Shown one piece after another: positions 42,902 to 52,895 of a DNA stretch of 64,000 nt (positions are counted from its first letter, which is position 1; the number at the start of each line of letters is the position of its first letter). Source of the stretch: Balanoglossus misakiensis (Eukaryota > Animalia > Hemichordata). The stretch covers positions 8,085,846-8,149,845 of the forward strand of contig CM082577.2 in assembly GCA_040954595.2 (NCBI GenBank). The letters run 5' to 3'. Made by a program: the position numbers and the translations under genes. Under the pieces are notes generated by a model. It did no database searches, had not been told where the DNA came from, and saw only the letters and a program-made list of their open reading frames with translations.

Positions 42902-44547
42902 CCACCACCACCACCACCACCATTTCTTAACGCGAAATTGTTATTCATATTTATCAGGTGACGTCCGCTTCTTCTTCCTGGTCAAATACGATCCTTCCGC
43001 CTTCAGCATTGCTGGCCGATTGAAAGATTTCGATCCCGACCATGACTTCCGATGCGGATCCCCGTCGGCGAAAGAAAATGGCCAACTTCAACGACCAATT
43101 TTAAAAATATATGTGGTAAGAAACATCTATCTCTCTATTTACCAATCTATGTATTCGTATATCTATTCTTCTATCTATCAGTCAATTAATCTTAGCATCT
43201 ATCAATGTCTATTTCAGTATGTATATATTTGAATTTCAGAATCCAACAGAGCATCGGCCTACTGACCCCTCCATACCAACAGAATGGTTTGAGCCATCAC
43301 GTTCCGATAAACGATTGGTTCTTTTGGAAGTTTGGTTTGGTCAGATCTGGACAGACTACAAAACGTCATGGTCATGTCAGATCCAAACTCATATCTTCGG
43401 ATTTGCAAATATCACGGTGAATCTCGTCCCAGAAGGTATAACTTGCATGTTCTTAACAGGTGTCGTGGTTTGCTTTGCTATCTACCTGAAGTTGACAGCA
43501 TTTTTGCTGTCGGTGTCTTATTGTATTGCCTTCAGTTACTATGGACATCGTGTTAGCTTTTTTCGAAAACCAGACATGGAGTTCACGTTACTGGTAATTG
43601 CCTGAGGTCACACGTAAAGGGATAGTAGCTGTATTTCTTGATATACGTCGTCACAGTTTGGTCAGTGGATCGATTGGTTTCTTATCCTTGCCTCTGGTCA
43701 TATCTCAACACCGCCTGTGTGACTTTGGCTGATATTTTTGAGTCGGGACTTAAATCCCCCTTTTTACCAGTAACAGTATCCCCACAGATGATTATCTGAG
43801 TTTATCCAAAATTTAAGATATAAATTATCAAATTAACTCTACTGTAATATACATGTAAAAAACATGATGTTATAGCGTTTTCTTTGCTATCACAGCCATC
43901 CGGTTTTCTGACTGTCTTTTATTTTGACTTTTGCTCGATACCTAGGGTGTCCACCTGGTAAATATGGCGGAAACTGCGACAAAGCCTGCGTTTGCCAAAA
44001 TGGCGCAGCTTGTCACCCGTTCAACGGTGCCTGCAAATGTGCATCGGGATTTGAAGGACCAGACTGTACCATCATAAGCAAGCCAGGTATTGTATTCTCT
44101 ATTACTTACCACGAACTCTTGTGTGGACCAATACTAGCCTTCATAGGATCGTCTCGTATATTGTAGTGCAAGCGAGACGACAAATTATTAGCTAGTCGAC
44201 AACCTATAGATTGCACCGTTAGTTTTTGTTACTTTAATTAAATTTACCATCATTCTCTCATGGTCCAAATGTTTTGTTCCCTGCCAGAAACTTCCAACTT
44301 TATTACATATTTCGTCGTCCTCGTCTGCATAGTAGTTGGCACTTCAGTGGCTGTTCTCGCGTATGTTGTTCTCGCCGTTCGCGAGAGGAAACGCCACCGA
44401 AAGACGAATCCATGCAATATTTGCTGGCGTGGCGGAGATGTCTCCGCGAAGCGAGAACACGAGTCTGATGACAGCAAAGTGGAGCTGATGCCGTTCATGG
44501 CCGAAAATGCGGGTTCAGACTCAGAAGACGAGCCAAGCGACGGCTGA
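40593..44547 (+). CDS. Uncharacterised type I membrane protein (signal peptide, cadherin-like repeat, probable Ig-like region, EGF-like module, TM, short acidic tail), 10 exons, ~428 aa
   Basis: Exons 40593-40641, 41361-41410, 41647-41730, 41939-42046, 42260-42376, 42610-42733, 42958-43115, 43240-43435, 43946-44086, 44288-44547 join in frame (1287 nt), all GT-AG. Signal MERLLYAGIISALVLGA; cadherin linker-like VNIKVEDVEDWPPVF; EGF CPPGKYGGNCDKACVCQNGAACHPFNGACKCASGFEGPDC; TM FITYFVVLVCIVVGTSVAVLAYVVLAV followed by RERKRHRK. The first exon is the least certain. Confidence 0.82.
42406..42450. repeat. (CAGA)n(CAGG)n microsatellite
   Basis: Visible intronic array. Confidence 0.9.
42755..42923. 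repeat. (CAT)n/(CAC)n compound trinucleotide repeat, intronic
   Basis: Fills most of intron 42734-42957. Confidence 0.97.
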
Positions 44548-45204
44548 TAACCATTCCTCCTAACATTGAAGTGACTTTATTTCCCAGGTGATACTTCTCC
44601 TGTCAAAAATGTAACAAACCCTAGAACTTAGAAAAAGCTGGAAACACCCTCTTCTTGCAGTCAATTACATATTTTCTGCGAATCATGTTATCAAGTCTGT
44701 ATACAAGTCTGCTGCCATACCAGTATAACGTCTGGAGAACATGTACACAAGTTTTCCATGTCGACTCATGCAGTCTGGTTGCAAGAGATCAATTTCGCAA
44801 ATTCAAGGTGTCATTTTATTTACCTGGTCGATGGTAATCGGTGCTAACACGTAATGTTCTTAGTGAATATTGTTCAGAAAACTTAATATCCATAGAAATG
44901 ATTATAATTCTGTATTCTAGTGTCTTAGACAAAGTCTAATTAGAGTTTTATTATTATTATTTTCTGAGTTTCGATGGAATCGGTCATACCATCTGTTTCG
45001 CACATATTGTCGTGAGTATATGACCAAAATGGTGTTTCAAAAACGTGCGTTTACGCTGATTGTGTGACGCATTTGTTTACTGAAATTAAAAGAAAATAGA
45101 CACGACAGACTGGTGTATTATGTTTGACTTAAAGTATTTAAGATTCACCGAAGTCCTTTTATTGATCTGCGTATTTCCACTTTGAAAGAGTGGATCCGCC
45201 TGCT

Positions 45205-45228
45205 GTTTGTTCTCACGGCGACGTCATC
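45205..45228. promoter_or_regulatory. Conserved proximal element of paralog A: CSL/Su(H)-type site plus CRE-like site
   Basis: GTTTGTTCTCACGGCGACGTCATC; TTCTCACG is the reverse of CGTGAGAA; near-identical to 47200-47223. Confidence 0.55.
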
Positions 45229-45303
45229 GAGTAATAGCGACTGTCGTTGTCTTTCGGGGTTGGTGAGACGCTCGCGTAAACATCGCCTGTGTTTCAACGC
45301 ATC

Positions 45304-46287
45304 ATGGCCAAAGGCGGGCGATCCCACCGTCATGCAGCTCGCTACGCGCTGGCTAACAAGAATAAGCAAGAGAAGAAGAGTAGGCCGAGTCAGGTATACA
45401 TCGGCGACAACTGGAAGGGAGGGCCCATCGCCGTCATCCGAAGATATCCGGGAGTTTTAATACCCCTATCGGTGGCCATTTTGATACCTGGTATACTGGT
45501 GTGGACGCAAGTCTATGGCGATTTCCGTTGGATCGGGGTATTCATGACGATTGTTGGTGCTGTCCTATTCCTCGGTGGTCTCGTTGGCAACGTGGTTGTC
45601 CGCATCAGGTTGATGTCGGCTGCTGATTCATCCGTCGACATGACGACGGTGAATCGTCCCTCTGATCAAGTGACTGTCCGCATGGCCGGAGCCAGCGTTT
45701 CAACAGTATCGACGATGGCCCGGGGCCCAGTCATCACCCTACACCACAGTGTAACGCCGCCACCGTCAGGACCGCGGTACCCGGCATATCCCAGATTCGT
45801 GGGTCAAGACTCCGTTGTAAACGACGTACAACAATGTCATGGGTACGTATTTCATCACGAAGTGTTTGAAAAAGTTTTAGTGGTGTAACGCATTGGGAAA
45901 TACGCTAAAATTGTTATAGTTATTGAATGTTAGCTGTTGAATATGTGAATTCAAAACATATCAAACGGATAGAGATGTGAATAACCACAGAATCAAGCTG
46001 TATATTTTGTATACTGTACATGTACTAGTATGTTTCATTGTCTTTCCTTTACTTTGGTGCATTTCAGTCACAGTGGTTTAGTACAAGCGCCTCCACAACC
46101 TCAACGAGGTGGGGCAACGGGACCCAACGAAGCAACCAACCCGCAATATTCCTTGAACCCCGGGACAAGCTCTTCAAGCTCGTCACCGGCCATCATGGAC
46201 ATGCAGCAAGCGACTACGAGTGACCCTACGTCAGCGGGGAATACAGAACTCCCGCCAAGTTACGAGAGTGTGATTATGTCAGTGTAA
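45304..46287 (+). CDS. 2-TM proline-rich PPxY membrane protein, paralog A (~252 aa)
   Basis: Exons 45304-45842 and 46068-46287 (phase-2 GT-AG intron; alternative in-frame acceptor gives 46074). Starts MAKGG, motif IGDNWKGGPIAVIRRYPGVL, two hydrophobic helices, ends LPPSYESVIMSV. Confidence 0.82.
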
Positions 46288-47199
46288 AACGAGATCCCGA
46301 CGCCTCGCTTCATAATGTGTGGGCAGTCTCGCCGTGACTTGATGTGTCCGTATACCCTGGACACATCATATCAGTTTTACCTGAGCTGTTGAACACTGAG
46401 CGTCCACGCGAGGGCCGATATGGTTGTTTAGCCACCAACGAACGAACATTGCGCATTCTGAGGCTAAAAAAATAGAAAATATAGATATATAGAAAATTTA
46501 CGAGTAATACTGAATCGCAAATTATATATCTTCACGTACTATAATGACGTATTTCATCGAATGTTAATCAGTGACTGGGTGTTGCTTTTTAAATATTTTT
46601 TATGGGAATGTGTAATAATTTAGGCGCTTTGGCCAACATTTATTTTTATGACATTCCTCAAGGTTTGAATTTAAACTATAATTTTACATCGCGACAAGAA
46701 AACAACACTTCAGTGGAAGAGAACACCTTCTTGCATAATGTTTATATTTTGAGTGGTTTGTCGTGTTGATATATTTCAATGTGTGTAGTTTTAGTGGATT
46801 GGAAAACAATCAAGATTTGGTCGCTTTTTTGGTTGTGTTTTGATGATATGACTACGGTACATCTTAATGTTTTAACCCATATACGAGGATGCATATACAT
46901 GTATAATAAAAGATTCGAAGCCGCCCTTGTATCCAAGCGTTCCGATTGAATTGATGGTGAGACATTCATTCCTCCCGAACACATCATTGCAGGTTCTTGG
47001 TGTGTCTCAGTGTGTATTTATATATCGAAATGCATCATAAAAGAATTTTGCTGACGACAGACTCTACCGATGGATGACGAAAATGTCATGTGATCGATCT
47101 TTTATTCATCATACTGTGCTACGAATAGACTTGATCACGTGACTCGTTTCTATTGTCCTTTCCTATCGAGTACTGATTTTTTTTATCCTGTGCGTGTTC

Positions 47200-47223
47200 G
47201 TTTGTTCTCACACTGACGTCATC
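47200..47223. promoter_or_regulatory. Conserved proximal element of paralog B: CSL/Su(H)-type site plus perfect CRE
   Basis: GTTTGTTCTCACACTGACGTCATC (TGTGAGAA on minus strand, TGACGTCA palindrome), ~70-90 nt before the ATG. Confidence 0.55.
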
Positions 47224-47292
47224 AACACTTGGTCTGCTCAGTGAAACCAACGAGAGGCAATACATCTCGGTCAGCAAACGTCCACAGCCATC

Positions 47293-48481
47293 ATGGGTAA
47301 AGGCGGAAGATTAACGTTCATGCGCATCGGAAGCGACTGTAGTGGCGGTCCACTTGAATACATCAAGCGATACCCGGGAGTTTTATTCATGATCGGACTA
47401 TTCATTTTCGTTCCCGCCGTGTTAATGTGCAGATTCGGGGGTCTTCTGCTGTGGGTGGGGTTGTTTCTGATATGCGTAAGCTTGCCGCTCGTCATTGGAG
47501 GTATCACCGGCAATGTCGTTCTACGCAGGCGTATGGCGCAACAGAGGTCGGCGATGGCAGTGACAACGACGGTGTACCCCCCGGGTCATCCCATGGCGGG
47601 TAGCAATGTCACCACCACCACTCAGACAGTTACAGTTCACCCCGGTGCTATGCCGCCGCCCCCCGCACACCCTGCGCCCGGAGCGCAGTACCCCGTGTAT
47701 CCTGGATATCAACCGTACGCTTTGAATGCAGCATCACAACAATATCCAAGGTGAGCGCATGTATACACACGGAACGTCATTTCCCTGTTGTGAATTACCC
47801 CTTTCAGCTAGGTATACTACATCATACTCGTAGTCTATGGAAAGAAGGCGTGTATGTACCCCCCCCCCCCGACACCATGGAAACCGCCCACGATGTAGGT
47901 GTATGACTGTACATGTATTGCGAAACATGACCCACTTTCCCTATCTGGTGTCAAATTGTAACTTCTATACTGACTGGTAAAATGCTCCCTGCCCCATTCA
48001 GTTGCACATAGTTATCAGTAAAATGATGAAAACTTTTATTTCAGGTAATAGGTGTTTCAAGTTGTTGGGGTTGCCCCCCTGGGGGGGGGGGGTTACCCTC
48101 CATCACTGGACTGTAGCGAAATTCACAAGTATGTGTGATCGTTTCTACCGATATAGGGATTGTGTTGGCCGCTTACTCTCTGACAAATCGCAAGAGTTCA
48201 TCGTGTTGTACTTTTTTTTTTATTTTTCCAGTGTACCACCATATTACCAGCCGCCATATCCCCAGCCACAAGGGCCACAGCCACAGCATGCCGCCCCAAC
48301 AGCGCCCCCAGGCGACCAAACATTCCAGCCGTACAACCAAACCCAATACGGAGAACCACCAGTATCGTACGCACCCACAGCAACAACTACTGACCCTCCA
48401 GTGGACCCGGCTTATCCATACCCGCCACCGCCAAGTTATGACAGCGTGACGTCACAACACACACAGCAGAAACAGAATTAG
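47293..48481 (+). CDS. 2-TM proline-rich PPxY membrane protein, paralog B (~235 aa)
   Basis: Exons 47293-47750 and 48232-48481 (phase-2 intron, AG|GTGAG donor, polypyrimidine-CAG acceptor). Starts MGKGG, motif IGSDCSGGPLEYIKRYPGVL, two TM helices, P/Y/Q-rich tail with PPYY and PPPPSYDSV. Confidence 0.87.
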
Positions 48482-49285
48482 TTCTCTAGGGCTATAGGTT
48501 GATGAGTTGCTCGCGAGTTCACATTCTCATCATCGATATACAAATACCTCGTGAACTGGCATCATAAACATTAGGCCTACCCAGAGATAGATATAAGGCT
48601 GATATTGTGGCAACACAACATGTACAATAATTTGTTATTTATTTGAAGTATGGGTTCTTGTATCCAATAAGAATTTTGAACGTCATGTTTCATAGGACGG
48701 TCATGAAGTTTTAAACTCTGAACTTTATATACGTTCGAGAGGTCGTAGGGAATTGTAAAATATCTTAAAGTTCATTTCATCCTCTACATTTTTAAATATG
48801 TACATTTTGTATATGTGTTAGTTTTAATCGCACAAAACCCATCTACTCACCCACGTTTATAGTATAGTTTCCTTAGATAACAAAACTCAGATTACAAAGG
48901 TCACGATTTGCACAAAATGTATGTATGCATTTTCATGCATGGCATTTACTAGAAAAGGAATCGTTATTTCGATTTTTTAATATGCGTATGCTTGAGTCAG
49001 ATCAACTGAATTTTCCAAGCTGCAAAAATATGTAAATTACATGGATATAAGCGTGATGATGTAATAAAAGAAGAAGGCGGTGCATTTGAAATTGTTCATT
49101 GGTCCAGGATTTTCTCCACAATTTGCGTGTTCAGATTTCTCGAACACTCCTTATCATATCATGCATATAGAACGTTCTCCGTTAACAATGGGAATTCTCT
49201 TGCTTTGTTCTCTCTCATGCTTTGTTGTTTCTCGTTGTTCCAACCATAGCGACCGCGTTCGAATATTCCCTTTTCGGCGGCCATA

Positions 49286-49293
49286 TTCTCACG
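49286..49293. promoter_or_regulatory. CSL/Su(H)-type site upstream of paralog C
   Basis: TTCTCACG (CGTGAGAA on minus strand) ~155 nt before the ATG, same orientation as in A and B. Confidence 0.35.
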
Positions 49294-49448
49294 CCATGTA
49301 TTTCAGACACTCTAGAAGTCGTTTCTTAAGGTCTTCAACCCCACCTCTTCTGGCGGACTCGTGACAAGTTTCTTGGTACAAAACGCGTACAGGACAGGAC
49401 AGTACAACCCCCTCCCCCTCCGGATATCATCGCTCGGCAACCTCCGTA

Positions 49449-50865
49449 ATGGGGAAAGGGGGTGCAGGACGGGTCATTCTTGGGAGGAATTGCGCAGGGG
49501 GTCAATGTGCGTACGTGAAGAGATATCCCGCTGTTCTAGTCGTGATTTCCTTGCCAATAGCCTTGACAACCATGATATATGCTAAGGTTCAGACTGACAA
49601 GGATGTCGAAGATGATGATGATGCCAAGGCTGAGACTCTTGGCACTGACATTTTTCTGTGGTCCGGGATCGCCTTGAGCGGATTGCTGTTTTTACTCGGT
49701 GCGCTCGGCTCATTATTCGTTTACTCGAAATCGCAGTCAGGATTTGGTGCGCGTGGTTCGGCCGTCGGTCCACCGATTGGAATGTCGGAGCCTGTCCGTC
49801 CTGACGATGATGGGCGGGACGCCCTCGTTGGAACAGACTGCGCAGGAGGAGTGTCCGAGTACGTGAAAAGATACCCGGCTATCATGGTGGTCAGTGGACT
49901 TCTGGTCGGTGTCGTCGGTGCATATTTTGCCTTTTGGCATGACTTCGACATTGAGCAGACAATTTGCTATTCTACCGCCTCGTGTGCCGGCTTTGGGGTT
50001 CTCTGTTTCGGAGGGCTGCTCTTAGTCGCTGGTTTGGTTGCTACGTATTTTAAAGAGCGACCGAGATTAGGGACAGCGGCGCCTTTCCAGTCGGGGACAG
50101 GTCGGGGACAGGTGCCAACTGTTCCCGGGGCTTTGGACAGCAGAGATCAACCAACAATACCAGGAGGAGGACCAACACAGAAATATACAAGGTAACTTGC
50201 AGTTGCTTGATGGTCCGCGGTCAAAAATAACGTTAACGAAGAGGGACTCTGAAAATCCGTATACAGTCATCGTGCCAACGCATTTATTTTCATTTTGTGA
50301 ACTTGATTGTATATTGCCGAATAATACCGAAAATTCGCACTAGTTTTCCATTTTCCCCATAACTGTCAATCTTCCCTGCGTACGTACAGTTTTAGGGCCA
50401 GCGCTTTTGCGTGAGGGAAAGTTTCGTGTGCAGTAGTGTCGTATCTCGTTGTCCATGTTCGGCGAAAAACTTTCTACTCTTGAAAGATATGCCCATATAC
50501 GTACCCCCGTATGTGTGCGCGGGGCGTCTTGTTCAATCTAACATTCACACTTCTTTACGTCTGCTAGCTATCGTTATCATTTTGTCGGCGGCAATCTCAT
50601 GTGATCATCACTGGCTGAAGTAGTAGACATAGACAGCGCCTCAAGCGACGAATCTCCCAGTCACTTCTCTATAACTCATTTGCTTGGCGACATTTCATGT
50701 GCAAAAAAAGATTAAAATAAGTTTTCATTTCTGTTCTTTTCTAGTACCGCTACTGCCCCACAGTCTGTACCACCACCGCCACCCTCGTACAGCCAAGCAA
50801 CAGCGCCTGCCACCAACATCTACAGCAGTATCAATGACTATTCTCCAGCGTTATCATATTCCTAA
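49449..50865 (+). CDS. 4-TM (internally duplicated) PPxY membrane protein, paralog C (~287 aa)
   Basis: Exons 49449-50191 and 50745-50865 (phase-2 intron). Starts MGKGG; motif present twice (LGRNCAGGQCAYVKRYPAVL, VGTDCAGGVSEYVKRYPAIM), each followed by two hydrophobic segments. Exon 2, in a frame absent from the ORF track, reads STATAPQSVPPPPPSYSQATAPATNIYSSINDYSPALSYS*. Confidence 0.82.
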
Positions 50866-51309
50866 CTGCGCATTGTAGGCTTAATCAACTCCGGTCTATA
50901 CCAACACATGTTTTATCATGTGGCTGTGTGATCTCCATGCTCCATATCGTAAAAATAAACTTACCGGTAACATTGATATCTGGGACTTTTTGTTTTGGTT
51001 TATTACCCCTTTGAAATTAATTGACTTGATTCGATTTGATTTGATTTTATTTGGAATTGAGCACTAATACCAGAATATAAACTATTTCATCGCCTATTTC
51101 ACCAGTGTTACGAATGGAACCATGTGACAGGTGTCACCATTTTTGTAGTTGCTTTTTTGGTATGAAATAACATCGAAAATGTCACACTACATGTACCATA
51201 ATGTAATCTATGACTCCCTAGCTCTATAACCGCAACAGATGTGTCAGATTACTGAACACTAAGTTAGGAGGTTTATATGATAAACTTTGACCTCTGACCT
51301 CAGGTAAGC

Positions 51310-51592
51310 TATGATGGCGGCTTGTTTTGAAATGAAAAGACGACACGCTGCCAGACGAGAACGCCAGAAGCGTATCGATCCATAAAGACTCAACTAGTGT
51401 TATTTTGAATGTAGTGAAGATAAGTGAAGGTGAGTTTGAGCACGTTGCGAACTTTATTAAGTCCTTGAAGCTGGATGTGAACTTCACACCAACGAAAGGT
51501 TCATTTAGGTTCGCCACTGTCGCCATGGACGCAGTCGCTTGTTACCTTGGTATTGGCGTCGGGTGGGAGGGGCTGTCGGCAACTAGTACAAC
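51310..51592 (+). promoter_or_regulatory. Probable HELQ promoter / non-coding first exon
   Basis: CpG-richer segment with GATGGCGGC and a donor-like AC|GTATGT at 51592/51593. The HELQ ATG sits 9 nt after an acceptor (52168), so an upstream exon is expected. Boundaries uncertain. Confidence 0.35.
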
Positions 51593-52176
51593 GTATGTCT
51601 TTCTAGAGTAACCTGCCAGGAAACAAGCGACTGTGGCCAAGCAGCTGCTCTAGCTTCATGTACGGTCACTACGCCGTGCACGTGTCGGTCAAGCGAATTG
51701 AATATCGTCTGTGCTTTTACGTAGCCGAGCTGTGTGTTGAAATCGGCCGTGCCTCAATAACACATAGCCTGCCAGTGCCACCATCATGACCATGGAGCTA
51801 GTTCCTTATGCTTGTAATTTGTCATCAGGTTAGCTATGGGGCTAGCTACTGCTGGTTAAATTATTCATAGATCTAAAGATGACAGAAATCACATATTTGG
51901 CAAATGTCCCGAAATTCTTCACAATCCATCCAAGAGCCAGAGAGGGCAGTGCTTCGACCATAGAGCTATGATAGAGCGCTGCTTTATGCTCCAACTAGGC
52001 CAAATGACAGAATAAAATGTAAAAACATCATTCAATGGTTTCAATTATGAAGGTAGTGGGGAAAACACATGATTTTCCATAGCGACAGCAATATTAACTC
52101 CATTATTTCATTGTACAGGTTATACCAACACCAAAAGCTTTTTAAGTGAACGTTTTTGTATTATTAGACGTACAAC

Positions 52177-52753
52177 ATGGCAGATAATTTACAAAGGAAA
52201 GTGAGAAAGAGGAGCGGTAAACATTCAACAGCAAATTCCAATCCTAAACGTACAAAGCAAGGAGAGAGTTGGACAAACATACACAATCCCGAGATACGCA
52301 ATCTTGGAAATGAACCTGGTGAAGTTCAGAACTCTGGTACTGCCTCATGTGTGCAGCTTCCATCAACTCCTGCCAAGTCACCCCAACGTATCAGACAAAT
52401 ACAGTGTAAGAAACCATTATTCAGAAATCGTCGTCAACTTGCGACAGAAGGCGAATCAAAGCCAGATGTTGCACAAGGAAGCGACCAGCAAGATGTATTC
52501 AGGGAGCTTGCAACAGGGAGTGGCCCGCAAGACACATTGCATGATCGTGTAACATCAACTCCTGTGAGCCAAGGATCGAAAACAAAGCTGAAGGTATTGT
52601 CTTCGTTGTACTCTCTTTCTACAACAAAATCTGAGATAACTCAAAAATACTGTAAACGGAGAATTTTCGTGATATCAAAAGCAGCAACTGAACCTTTCAT
52701 TAACAAAATAACACCCCTTCAAGAATACTGTATTTACACACTGCTATTTTAGC

Positions 52754-52798
<45 letters not shown>

Positions 52799-52812
52799 CC
52801 ACCACCACCACC

Positions 52813-52895
<83 letters not shown>

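Noticed and set aside
42755-42923. Potential poly-His coding tract (also 52761-52901)
   Set aside because: Lies inside introns whose flanking exons join in frame without it.
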